Positions 43,447 through 53,235 of a stretch of 64,000 nt of DNA are shown here, piece after piece. Numbering within the stretch: the stretch's first letter is position 1; each line of letters begins with the position of its first letter. Under the pieces are notes generated by a model that had not been told where the DNA came from, made no database searches, and saw nothing but the letters and a program-made list of their open reading frames with translations. The position numbers and the translations under genes were made by a program. The stretch spans positions 476,565-540,564 of the forward strand of contig JAHILH010000001.1 in assembly GCA_018897195.1 (NCBI GenBank). Reading direction: 5' to 3'. The DNA is from Patescibacteria group bacterium. Lineage in GTDB: Bacteria > Patescibacteriota > Patescibacteriia > Patescibacteriales > UBA12075.

Positions 43447-45309
43447 TTATTTCTTAAAATTTGTTAATAATAAATTCACAATATCTAAAATTAAAATTGT
43501 CCGACCATCACCCAGGATTGTTGAACCAGAAAAACCCCTGACATTTCGCAAAATTGGTGACAATGGCTTCACTGTCACTTCCTGCTCACCCACTAACTTG
43601 TCTATCACTAAGCCAATTAATTCATCGCCTTTCTTAACAATCACTACCACCTTGTCAACATTTTTAAGCACTTCATCGTCAGCTTTCTCACTCTTTTCAA
43701 TGACATGATTATTGTCAACAACAATTATATTGCCAAATTTCTCCCGCAAATCAATCAAGGGCACTTTTATGCCATCAACAATGGCAACATTATTGTCAGC
43801 CATTCTTTTTATATTTTCAGCATTAACTAAAACAGATCTATCAATATTGGAAAAAGGGATAGCATAAATCAATTCACCAACCTCCACCAATAAAGAATTA
43901 ATGATTGCCAAAGTCAAAGGCAGTTCTAAAGTGAACCGCGCACCTGGATTTAGATTTTCAACAATAACTCGACCACCAGATGATTCCGCGAATGATTTAA
44001 CTACATTCAAGCCAACACCACGACCGGAAATTTCGGTAACCACATCGTTGGTAGAAAGTTTTGGATGGAATAACAAATTCATAACTTCCTGATTGGTCAT
44101 AAGATCAACCTCCTTGGCGCTAGCAATGCCTCTTTTAACAGCGGCCTGCTTAACTTTTTCTATATCAATTGACTGATCATTATTCTCCACGATTATTAAA
44201 GCATTTTCACGGTCACGTTTTGCTTCCAATCTTACGTAACCTTCTGTTTTAATGCCGTGGTCAATAGCGTTTCTAAGTAGATGTACTAATGGCTCTCCCA
44301 ACTTGTCAACAATTGATCGATCTAATTCTAAATCAGAGCCATGAACAAAAAATTCCACTTTCTTCTCCTGCCTCTTTGATAAGTCCCTAACCATACGTGG
44401 GAAACGAGCAAAAACCTGCTCCACCGGCACCAATCGTGCTTGCATCACTTCATACTGCAGACTTTGAATTAATAAGCCGACGTGGTCCGTAACTTCTTGC
44501 AACTCTTTATTTTTTAAACCCATGCGCTGTAAGGCCATTTTGTCTATTACCAACTCCTCCACCAAATCCATCAAAGCATCTAATCTTTTTATCGGCACTT
44601 TAATATATTCAATTTTTTTAACCGAATCATCAATCTCGTCCCTGCCAGTCCCAGTCTTTGTTTTTATCGTTTTTTGGTTATCAATATCCTTATCTTCGAT
44701 TTTTGGTTCTTCGATTTTTGGTTCTTCGATTTTTGGTTCTTCGATTTTTGGTTCTTCGATTTTTGGTTCTTCGATTTTTGGTTCTTCGATTTTGATCTCA
44801 ACTGACCGTGGCACTTCCAACCCTGCTTTTATTTGATTTTCCGCTTTTGCATCCTCCGCTTTTGCATCCTCCGCCTTTTTTCTATTTGACTTGCCGACCC
44901 CTTCAGTATTAACGCCAGTTGCTTTTTTTAACTCATCAGCCAAACCCTTTAAGACCAATTCCTTGTCAGTCTGCTTAATCGAATCCAAGGATTCCTCTAG
45001 CTTATCAACTGCCTGAAAGGCATAATCAATCATTTCTGGAGTCAGCTCCACGATGTTGTTTCGCGCGCCATCATAAACATCTTCCATGACATGAGCCAAA
45101 TAAGCCATATCAATAAAACTCATCGTTGCTGAAGAGCCTTTAATGGTATGCGAGGCTCGCATCAAGACATCTAAAACATCTTTTACAGAATCATTAGATT
45201 CGCCATTATTAATTGCCTTTTCCAAAACAAGCAAATTTTCATTTAAAATTTGCAGCTGATCCTCACTTTCGGAAACGTATAAATCTTTAAATTTTGAGAT
45301 GTCGGTCAT
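43447..45309 (-). CDS. cheA: chemotaxis histidine kinase CheA
   Basis: 620 aa. Hpt motif is ASHTIKGSSATM. A dimerisation region is present. HATPase motifs are HLLRNAIDHG and GRGVGLNVV. A CheW-like C-terminal domain follows. The linker carries (EEPKI)x6. Confidence 0.92.
   Translation of the reverse strand: MTDISKFKDLYVSESEDQLQILNENLLVLEKAINNGESNDSVKDVLDVLMRASHTIKGSSATMSFIDMAYLAHVMEDVYDGARNNIVELTPEMIDYAFQAVDKLEESLDSIKQTDKELVLKGLADELKKATGVNTEGVGKSNRKKAEDAKAEDAKAENQIKAGLEVPRSVEIKIEEPKIEEPKIEEPKIEEPKIEEPKIEEPKIEDKDIDNQKTIKTKTGTGRDEIDDSVKKIEYIKVPIKRLDALMDLVEELVIDKMALQRMGLKNKELQEVTDHVGLLIQSLQYEVMQARLVPVEQVFARFPRMVRDLSKRQEKKVEFFVHGSDLELDRSIVDKLGEPLVHLLRNAIDHGIKTEGYVRLEAKRDRENALIIVENNDQSIDIEKVKQAAVKRGIASAKEVDLMTNQEVMNLLFHPKLSTNDVVTEISGRGVGLNVVKSFAESSGGRVIVENLNPGARFTLELPLTLAIINSLLVEVGELIYAIPFSNIDRSVLVNAENIKRMADNNVAIVDGIKVPLIDLREKFGNIIVVDNNHVIEKSEKADDEVLKNVDKVVVIVKKGDELIGLVIDKLVGEQEVTVKPLSPILRNVRGFSGSTILGDGRTILILDIVNLLLTNFKK
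44694..44790. repeat. perfect 15-bp tandem repeat (6 units plus a partial) inside cheA
   Basis: cttcgatttttggtt is repeated head to tail and encodes (EEPKI)n on the minus strand. A second 15-bp doublet, ttttgcatcctccgc x2, is at about 44841-44870 and encodes KAEDA x2. Confidence 0.9.
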
Positions 45310-45362
45310 GTTTGAAAATTTTAAACTTATAAAAAAATATTTATTGATAATGTAAAATTAAA

Positions 45363-46403
45363 TTAAAAACATAATTCTTTTATTTTTTTAATTATATCTT
45401 TAACCCCCAAGCTCTCATCAATCACACCCGTATCCCAAGCAGAACGAGGCATTGAATCAACAACTGCCTCTTCTGGTAGTTGTGTAATTGTATAGCCACT
45501 CTCATTTTCAATTTCAACCATACCATCACTACCGTCTCGGCCCATACCAGTCAAAACGATTCCCATGGTTTTTTTTCCATAAAGTTTCGCTACCGATTCC
45601 ATGGTATAATCAATCGAAGGACGAAAACCATTTCGCAACGGTTTGTCATCCAAATGAATAACTACGCGCCCATCAACCATTTTATTCAACAACATGTGCT
45701 TACCACCTCTGGCAATAATACATTTACCAGGCAAAAGTTCTTCTCCCTCTGATGCTTCCACAACACTTAACTCAGACAGGCCATCCAATCGATTGGCTAA
45801 ACTAGCCGTAAAATGCTCAGGCATGTGCTGCACCACTAGAATTGGTGCCTTGATATCCTTCGCCAATGAAGAAATTATTTCTTCTATTACTGGCGGTCCG
45901 CCGGTTGAGGCTCCAATAACCACGACGCTAATCTTGCTATCTTTTTTAATTTTTTCCTTTCTTTCTATTTCTTTATAATCTGTTTTTTTAACCTTAGCCG
46001 CTATTTTAATCTTATTAATCAACTCTCTTTGAATTTTTTTGATATCCAGGGATAGCTCGCCTGATGGTTTGGGAATAAAATCGATGGCTCCATGTTTTAA
46101 ACACTCCAATGTTTCTGTCGCTCCTTCCATGGTATTTCCTGACACCATTAGAATTGCAGGAAAAATATCCATAGCAGCCTTGATCTTTTTAATCGCCTCC
46201 AAACCATTCACTAGGGGCATATTATAATCCATGGTAATGACATCGGGGCGCAGAATTTTTGTCTTCAAAAAAGCATCTTCTCCATCTATGGCCTCGCCAA
46301 CAATATCGATTTCCGGATCATCCTTTAATAGCTCGATTAATATTTTTCTTGTCAAGAAACTATCATCAACTATTAGCAATCTTATTTTTTCATCTTTATT
46401 CAT
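45363..46403 (-). CDS. cheB: chemotaxis response regulator protein-glutamate methylesterase CheB
   Basis: 346 aa. A receiver domain (RLLIVDDS, DVITMDYNMP) plus a methylesterase domain (IGASTGGP, HMPEHFT, TGMGRDG). Confidence 0.92.
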   Translation of the reverse strand: MNKDEKIRLLIVDDSFLTRKILIELLKDDPEIDIVGEAIDGEDAFLKTKILRPDVITMDYNMPLVNGLEAIKKIKAAMDIFPAILMVSGNTMEGATETLECLKHGAIDFIPKPSGELSLDIKKIQRELINKIKIAAKVKKTDYKEIERKEKIKKDSKISVVVIGASTGGPPVIEEIISSLAKDIKAPILVVQHMPEHFTASLANRLDGLSELSVVEASEGEELLPGKCIIARGGKHMLLNKMVDGRVVIHLDDKPLRNGFRPSIDYTMESVAKLYGKKTMGIVLTGMGRDGSDGMVEIENESGYTITQLPEEAVVDSMPRSAWDTGVIDESLGVKDIIKKIKELCF

Positions 46404-46412
46404 AACATAAAA

Positions 46413-46775
46413 TTAAGCCATGACTTGTTCAATCGTTTCTAACATTTTATCCTTATCAAATGGCTTGACAAGGTAGCCCTTGGCACCATAATCAGTCGCT
46501 TTTTTAATGACGTTTTCTTGTCCAATAGCGCTTACCATAATCACATTCACCTCTTTACCAATCTCTTTAACCACGGCAATTCCGTCAATTTCTGGCATGA
46601 TTATATCCAAGAGGATCAAGTCTGGCTTTTCGGCGTGATATTTCTCAAGCGCCTCTCGACCGTTTGAAGCTTCAATAATATTCGTAAATCCAGCCTCTTG
46701 TAAAATTTCTTTTAGCACTTTTTTTATCAAAATACTATTATCAACTATTAACACCTTTATTGCTTTATTCATCAT
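46413..46775 (-). CDS. cheY: chemotaxis response regulator CheY, copy 1
   Basis: Receiver domain. Motifs: KVLIVDNS, DLILLDIIMPEIDG, YLVKPF. The track start is TTG; the ATG at plus 46773-46775 is preferred. Confidence 0.85.
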   Translation of the reverse strand: MMNKAIKVLIVDNSILIKKVLKEILQEAGFTNIIEASNGREALEKYHAEKPDLILLDIIMPEIDGIAVVKEIGKEVNVIMVSAIGQENVIKKATDYGAKGYLVKPFDKDKMLETIEQVMA

Positions 46776-46797
46776 ATAATACAAAATTAATCAAAAA

Positions 46798-47157
46798 TTA
46801 ACCAACTACTTTCTCAATTGTTTCCAATACTTTACTCTTGTCAAATGGCTTAACAATAAACGCCTTCGCGCCATATTCAGTAGCCTCTTTTATGACACTC
46901 TCCTGTCCAACAGCACTAACCATGATAACATTGGCTTCCTTGCCAATCTCCTTAACCACGGCCACGCCGTCGACTTCTGGCATAATCACATCCAAAAGAA
47001 CCAAATCTGGCTTTTCAGCATGATATTTTTCTAATGCTTCTCTACCATTTGAAGCTTCGATAAAATTTGTAAACCCTGCTCCCTGCAAAATATCTTTCAA
47101 TACTTTTCTCATAAAAGCCGAGTCATCTGACATTAAAATTTTAATATCTGTTTTCAT
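46798..47157 (-). CDS. cheY: chemotaxis response regulator CheY, copy 2
   Basis: Start set at the ATG at plus 47155-47157 (MKTDIKILMSDDS). Highly similar to copy 1 (for example SNGREALEKYHAEKPDL is shared). Confidence 0.85.
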   Translation of the reverse strand: MKTDIKILMSDDSAFMRKVLKDILQGAGFTNFIEASNGREALEKYHAEKPDLVLLDVIMPEVDGVAVVKEIGKEANVIMVSAVGQESVIKEATEYGAKAFIVKPFDKSKVLETIEKVVG

Positions 47158-47218
47158 ATTTTTAGTATCTAATAATGACAAATCAATGATCTTGCCATCA
47201 TTATTTAAATTAATAAAA

Positions 47219-47803
47219 TTATTTTTCTGTTATATCCTTGATTGTTTTACCAAGTTGTAACAACTCCTTCTCCTGAAGCATTTTCTGTAAATCTAAGAGA
47301 ATTACTAAGCGGGAACCATTTTTCTTTTCCTGGTCATTCTTTTTTTTCTCCTGATCAATGATCACCACTACTCCTTTGAGATATTCGGCATGAATTTTTG
47401 ACGAAACCAAGGCTGGTGTTGCTTGGATTGATGACACTGGCACGGTAATGATTTCGCTAACTCTATCAACAATTACACCAAAATTATTACCATCCACTTC
47501 GGTAATTATTATATTACCATCAATCCGATCACTATTATCCCGAACCAAATTAAATCTTTTTTCCAAATCAACAACCACACTTATTTTTCCTCTTAAATTC
47601 AAGATACCGCTAATAAAATGAGGCGCATTAGGGATGGGCGTAATGTCTGGAATTGTGATTATTTCTTGCAAATCAGCAATCTCTACCGCATATTCCTCCT
47701 TATCAAGCTCAAAGACAACTAATTGCATTGTTTTCTCAATTTTGTTTTTATCTTGATCTTGTTGCCTGGCAACATTTTTAATTGTATCTTCAACAGTGCT
47801 CAT
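47219..47803 (-). CDS. cheW: chemotaxis coupling protein CheW
   Basis: MQLVVFELDKEEYAVEIADLQEIITIP...ILNLRGKISVVVDLEKRF is typical of CheW. The ATG at plus 47801-47803 is preferred over the GTG track start. Confidence 0.88.
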   Translation of the reverse strand: MSTVEDTIKNVARQQDQDKNKIEKTMQLVVFELDKEEYAVEIADLQEIITIPDITPIPNAPHFISGILNLRGKISVVVDLEKRFNLVRDNSDRIDGNIIITEVDGNNFGVIVDRVSEIITVPVSSIQATPALVSSKIHAEYLKGVVVIIDQEKKKNDQEKKNGSRLVILLDLQKMLQEKELLQLGKTIKDITEK

Positions 47804-47864
47804 ATTTTTCTTCACCACGCCACAGCTTTAGCATTGGCGGGCTTTGTAATTAAATATTTATAGC

Positions 47865-49601
47865 TTATTCTTCATCCCCATCTTCATCTTCCTCACCTTC
47901 TAACTCTTCCTGCTTTACCGCCTTTTTCTTGACTATCTTTTTAACACTAACCTTTTGTTCAATATTGTCACCCACCTCACTGACTGCTCTTATCAAGCTC
48001 ATCAAATCAGTTGAAAGCGCTTGTAATTGCTGTGCGGCGGCGGCCACCTGTTGATTCGCTGAACTTTGCTGTTGCGTTGTGGCTGATAGTTGTTGTGCGC
48101 CGGCTGAATTTTGTTCCGCAATTGAAGTAATTGAATCCATACTCTTAGCAATCTGTTGTGTGCTGGCTGCTTGTTGTTGAATGCCAGCTGACAACTCTTG
48201 AATCTTGGCAGAAACCTGCATTACTGATGCGGAAATATTTTGCAATGAACTAATAGTGCCATTAATAACCACCGAGCTCTCCTCCACTGTCTTGGTTCCC
48301 TCTTCGGCCACCCTGGTCGTTTCGTCAATACTGGAAATCATGTCAGCAACCAAAAGCTTAATCTGATCAGCGGCGCTACTTGAGCCCTCAGCTAATTTTC
48401 TCACTTCATCAGCCACCACCGCAAAACCACGACCCGCTTCGCCCGCACGCGCTGCTTCAATATTGGCATTCAAGGCTAAAAGATTTGTTTGCTTGGCAAT
48501 ACCGGTTATTGTTTCCACAATGTCGCCAATCTTTTTTGATTTTCCAGATACACCCTTAGTCATTGTCGCTGTATTTGAAACAATACTCTTAATAGCATCT
48601 AAACTTGATCTTGATTTTTCACTAGCTTGTCCAGCCTCTTGCGCTAAATCGGAAGACTTTTCTGCCGTCGAAGCTGCCTCTTGGGCCGAAGCGGACATTT
48701 GCTGCACTGAGCTCGCCATAGCAGAAATCGCTTTACCGACATCTCCAGCCTGTCTTGATTGTTCAGTGGCACCAGCTGCCACTTGCTGTGAAATTGACGA
48801 TGTCTGTTGTGCGGCTGCAGAGTTCTGTTGTGCAGTCGCTGCCAAAGCATTAGCCGAGGAAATCATTTGAGAAATTGAGCTATTCAAACGATAATTGACC
48901 GACTTGGTGATAATATAAATAGCCAATCCGCCGATAACTACACCCAGGACTGACAAAGCGTATATCATTAATAATAGGAAATTAAGCCTGCTTGCGGAAT
49001 TATCCATGTCGTCTTGAAATATTTTTTCTACGTTAGCGTTAATAACTTTTATTCCAGCTGTCATTTCCGCATAATGTCTATCAAATAAATCCATTTTCCC
49101 TGCAATCATTGCCTGATCTTTAGCCCGATAAGCCGCTAAAATACCATTCTTGTATTCCTCCTGAGAAGTCATGCTAGCATCCATTGCTTTTAAACTTGCC
49201 AAATCCTCCTTGTTAAAAAAACTAGCATCCGTGGTTGTTAGTTCGCCCAACTGTTCCAGAAAAATTTTTTTATTTTCATTAAACAAGCCTTCGCCCTTCA
49301 TAATAGCATCTTCCATTTTCATATTTCCGGAATAGTCGGTCTCACCATTTTTTATGGCGAATAGATAATCCGCCATTCCTTCCACAAATGAAGCATGCGA
49401 CGAATACATTTTTTCCACAGCTATGTCCATCTTGTTCAAGCTAACCACAATCTCGTTAGAGATAATTGCCTGATTAATATCTGTTTGAATTATCTTCATG
49501 CTAAAAAAGATAATTCCCAAGAAAATCAGAAAAACAACAAAAATGGAAGCAAAGCCCAAAATAATTCTTTTGCCGATTGTTAAATTTTTAAAATCCATCA
49601 T
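47865..49601 (-). CDS. methyl-accepting chemotaxis protein
   Basis: 578 aa. Two TM helices flank a periplasmic-type domain. The signalling hairpin is [38 protein letters not shown]. The tail is acidic. Confidence 0.9.
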   Translation of the reverse strand: MMDFKNLTIGKRIILGFASIFVVFLIFLGIIFFSMKIIQTDINQAIISNEIVVSLNKMDIAVEKMYSSHASFVEGMADYLFAIKNGETDYSGNMKMEDAIMKGEGLFNENKKIFLEQLGELTTTDASFFNKEDLASLKAMDASMTSQEEYKNGILAAYRAKDQAMIAGKMDLFDRHYAEMTAGIKVINANVEKIFQDDMDNSASRLNFLLLMIYALSVLGVVIGGLAIYIITKSVNYRLNSSISQMISSANALAATAQQNSAAAQQTSSISQQVAAGATEQSRQAGDVGKAISAMASSVQQMSASAQEAASTAEKSSDLAQEAGQASEKSRSSLDAIKSIVSNTATMTKGVSGKSKKIGDIVETITGIAKQTNLLALNANIEAARAGEAGRGFAVVADEVRKLAEGSSSAADQIKLLVADMISSIDETTRVAEEGTKTVEESSVVINGTISSLQNISASVMQVSAKIQELSAGIQQQAASTQQIAKSMDSITSIAEQNSAGAQQLSATTQQQSSANQQVAAAAQQLQALSTDLMSLIRAVSEVGDNIEQKVSVKKIVKKKAVKQEELEGEEDEDGDEE

Positions 49602-49737
49602 TTTTTTATATAGAGCAATTGATATTGATACGATTATTAATCATAAGAAAATATCAATTTGCCAAAGTTATTATTTTACAAATTAATTATAACATAATTT
49701 TACAGAAGCGACTAATCTTCTTCTGTGGATAAATATT

Positions 49738-51363
49738 CTACTTCCTAGTTCTATAAACCAAATCTCTTAACAAATCAGATAAACCAGCAACCTGGGAGGA
49801 TATTTTGGAAATACCCTTGTTGGATAAATTAAGCTCTTTAATAATATCTAATAATTTACTAGCATTCATCGAATTTTGCTCAGTAACGCTTGACACAGAG
49901 TCAAAGGCATTGGTTATTTCCTGCACGCTCTCCGTTTGCTTTCGCACACCGATAAATAATTCCGCGGTTCTGGCAACAACTACTTCAATTGATTCTGTTA
50001 TTTGAGCTAATTCAACAATCATATTATCAACATCGTTCATGCCCTTAGTCATTATTTTTTCACCAGTATCAGCCGACTCCACAGTCTCGCTAATACCCAT
50101 TGTTAGATCATCGATCAATTTTCTAATATCCTCCGTGGCTTTATTTGTCTCATCGGCTAATTTTCGCACTTCCTCTGCAACAATCGCGAAACCGCGACCA
50201 GCTTCACCGGCGGCAGCTGCCTCAATTGAAGCGTTAAGAGCTAATAAATTTGTTTGTTCGGAAATATTATCAATGACTCCAACAATATTATAAATACTTT
50301 TTGATTTGTAAGACATTCCTTGTGCAATTTCCAGAGTGTTCATGACAATATTCCTAATATCGCTCAAACTTTTTTGTGAATTACGGCTATTACCCTCAGC
50401 TCGTTTGGCCATTTGCGAGGCCAGTGATACTGAATCATTAGCCTCTTTAATAACACTTGAAATTTGCTCAGCTGACTCTGCCATCTCTCTTACTAATAAT
50501 GATATTTCTCCTGATTTTCTGGATTGCATTATAGCTCCCTCGGCCACTTCGCTAGAAATATTAGACACATTCTCTGATATTTCCTTATTTTTACTAAGAA
50601 AGCTAATAATATTTGAAGCCATTTTCTTTACATCCCTAATTGGTGATACTAATATTGCCCTAATTGTTTTAGAAAAATGTCGCGAAAAAAATATACCCAC
50701 TATGACAATAAAGACAATCATAAAAACATTGAGAAGCATTAGGATTTTCAAAAAATTACCGATAGTTATTGCATTAACGCTATATTTTTCATTTAATTTA
50801 CGACTTAGGCGCGATATATCACCCAATGCCTCATTATAGATATTGTCAAAATTATTCAAATTTTCCTGAATGTCATTATCATGCTCATGGTAAGAGCTTA
50901 GTAACTTATCATTTACTTCTTGCAAGAGGACTGATTTTTCTTTAAGTCGCTGAGCAGACAAGACAACATCGCCATCAATCTTGGGGATATTTTCAATATT
51001 GCTCAAGCTGCCCGAAACATCAGCCATAATCTTCAAAAATAGCTCATTTCCCTTATCATAGTACCCCTCTTCTTGTTTTTTTACTTCCCCGGCAGAAATA
51101 GTAGCCAAACCATTAGAGGACACTAAATAGCCGATCTGGTATAAATGACTAACGTCTTTTATCTGTGCAATTTTCATACCCAACTCCTCAACATAAGAAT
51201 TGGAATAAATAATATTATTAATAGTTGATTCGACATTATCCCTGACCACTGACAAGACAATTAAAAAAATACCCCCCATGAGGGCGGTAAAAACGAAGAT
51301 AATAAAAAATCCAAAACTAATTTTTTGGATAACAGTCTGTTTTTTCCCCTTAATTAATGACAT
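49738..51363 (-). CDS. methyl-accepting chemotaxis protein
   Basis: 541 aa. The signalling hairpin is [39 protein letters not shown]. Confidence 0.9.
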   Translation of the reverse strand: MSLIKGKKQTVIQKISFGFFIIFVFTALMGGIFLIVLSVVRDNVESTINNIIYSNSYVEELGMKIAQIKDVSHLYQIGYLVSSNGLATISAGEVKKQEEGYYDKGNELFLKIMADVSGSLSNIENIPKIDGDVVLSAQRLKEKSVLLQEVNDKLLSSYHEHDNDIQENLNNFDNIYNEALGDISRLSRKLNEKYSVNAITIGNFLKILMLLNVFMIVFIVIVGIFFSRHFSKTIRAILVSPIRDVKKMASNIISFLSKNKEISENVSNISSEVAEGAIMQSRKSGEISLLVREMAESAEQISSVIKEANDSVSLASQMAKRAEGNSRNSQKSLSDIRNIVMNTLEIAQGMSYKSKSIYNIVGVIDNISEQTNLLALNASIEAAAAGEAGRGFAIVAEEVRKLADETNKATEDIRKLIDDLTMGISETVESADTGEKIMTKGMNDVDNMIVELAQITESIEVVVARTAELFIGVRKQTESVQEITNAFDSVSSVTEQNSMNASKLLDIIKELNLSNKGISKISSQVAGLSDLLRDLVYRTRK

Positions 51364-51610
51364 AAAATTATTATAACATAAAAATATATAAGAACAAAAT
51401 ATTTGTTTCGTTTAACAAATTTAACAAACATTAAAACGTAAAAAAAGTAAAAGAAAAAATTTCTCTTACCATCCTAAAGATTTAAAAAGTAATACCAGTC
51501 TCCATTACAAAATTTTTAACAAAACATATATAACAATTAAAAGCGCAAATTCTATTGAAAGCACTTTAAAAATCGTTATGCCAATTTTGTCAGTATCTAT
51601 TATCATGTTT

Positions 51611-51991
51611 TTATAATCCAGCTATTTTTTTATTAGCTAATTCAACTACATCGTCTAATTTCCACTCTGTTTTCACCAAAAAGAAAGCATTATTTTCCGC
51701 CGCTTCCATCATGCTCTCGTGGTCGTTTAAATTAGTCAAAATAATTATTGGCACCTTGTTGCCCCAAGTCTGTTCAGCTCTTATTTTCTTCATCACCGTT
51801 ATGCCATCAAATTTTGGCATTAGAATATCCAACATAATCAAGTCCGGTTTTTTATCCACGGCAATTTCGTAAGCCTCTTCTCCGTCGCCAGCTCGCAAAA
51901 CATTAAAACCGGCTTTTTTAAATTTGTTTGATAAAGCATCAAGTATTGCCATCTCATCTTCAGCAATTAATACTGTTTTTTTTTCTGACAT
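51611..51991 (-). CDS. single-domain response regulator (receiver)
   Basis: Start at the ATG at plus 51989-51991 (MSEKKTVLIAEDE). DLIMLDILMPKFDG is present. Confidence 0.8.
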   Translation of the reverse strand: MSEKKTVLIAEDEMAILDALSNKFKKAGFNVLRAGDGEEAYEIAVDKKPDLIMLDILMPKFDGITVMKKIRAEQTWGNKVPIIILTNLNDHESMMEAAENNAFFLVKTEWKLDDVVELANKKIAGL

Positions 51992-52047
51992 AAAATTATA
52001 ACATCTAAATAACACATCAATTAAAATATAATTGTCCTGTGATAAGC

Positions 52048-53172
52048 TTATTCAATATTCTCTAGTTGCTTCGTTCCCGCCCGTTTCTTCATTCCTTTTA
52101 AAGGAATAGTAATAAAAAAAGTTGTTCCTAATCCGCTTTTCATCAGGTTCTTCCAGGCCTTCTTACCACCTTCTTCAATAAAAAACTCCATACTCGGCGA
52201 TTCAAACCAAATCTTACCGCCAGATTTTTCAATTACTGCCTTGGCCACATAAAGACCAAGACCATTACCACCAGCAACCATTTTCTTGGCATCAGCCGCG
52301 CGAAACATTTTAGAAAACATTTTAGATCGAAGTTCGCGAGATACGCCAACACCAGTATCAGAAACTTTAATCAAGATGTTGACATCAGTCTTCTTGATTG
52401 TAAAACGAACTCTGCCTCCGTCTGGAGTATATTTCACCGCATTAGATAAAATATTTTCCAAAACAATCAAAATTAAGCGCGGATCAAGATTTAATAAGGG
52501 CATTTTTTCAAAATTTTTCTCAAAGATAACTTTCTTAAGTTTGATAATGCTTTCGTATTTCTTCACCGCTTCATTGGCTTTCTTAATAATATCTGTCGGT
52601 TCAGGTTCAATCGAGAAAGTTCCCAAGTCAATCCGAGAAACATCCAGTAAGGCATTTACCAAATCAATCATACGTTGATTAGTTTTAAAAATTTCGCCTA
52701 GATATTTTTTTTGTTCCGCATTTATTTCGCCAGCATCGCCACACAAAATATAATCTGAATACCACTTTACAATTGATAATGGCGTTCGCAGCTGATGCGA
52801 AGCCAAGGACACAAAATCAGCTTTAGCCTGCTCTAATTCTCGACTTACAGAAGTATCCATTGCCACTCCAGACTTTAAGCGCTCCATTAAATTATTTAAA
52901 GAATCTGCAATCTGGCTAAGTTCATCCCTTTTTTCGATTTTAATCTGCTTGTTAAGATTACCGGCCGCCATTTCGCCAATTGCCAAGGCAATATCTCTGT
53001 TTTTTGCTAATAAATTCTTGACCGAAAAATAAACAACGCCGAAGGCCAAAAAAGCTAAAAACAAAACAAGAGCCTCTCCAACTTGTTCGTAATCACTCAA
53101 GAAAACAAAAACCGACACCAAGCTTAAAACAAATAACAAAAAAACAAAAACTATCTTTTTTAATATATTCAC
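52048..53172 (-). CDS. sensor histidine kinase (TM, HAMP-like, HisKA, HATPase_c)
   Basis: 374 aa with a GTG start. H-box is FVSLASHQLRTPL. NAVKYT, DTGVGV and GNGLGL are present. Confidence 0.85.
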   Translation of the reverse strand: MNILKKIVFVFLLFVLSLVSVFVFLSDYEQVGEALVLFLAFLAFGVVYFSVKNLLAKNRDIALAIGEMAAGNLNKQIKIEKRDELSQIADSLNNLMERLKSGVAMDTSVSRELEQAKADFVSLASHQLRTPLSIVKWYSDYILCGDAGEINAEQKKYLGEIFKTNQRMIDLVNALLDVSRIDLGTFSIEPEPTDIIKKANEAVKKYESIIKLKKVIFEKNFEKMPLLNLDPRLILIVLENILSNAVKYTPDGGRVRFTIKKTDVNILIKVSDTGVGVSRELRSKMFSKMFRAADAKKMVAGGNGLGLYVAKAVIEKSGGKIWFESPSMEFFIEEGGKKAWKNLMKSGLGTTFFITIPLKGMKKRAGTKQLENIE

Positions 53173-53235
53173 AAAATTTCAATTTATTCTTATGCTGACA
53201 TTATACAGGAAAATGTTTTTTTGGTAAAATATTTT

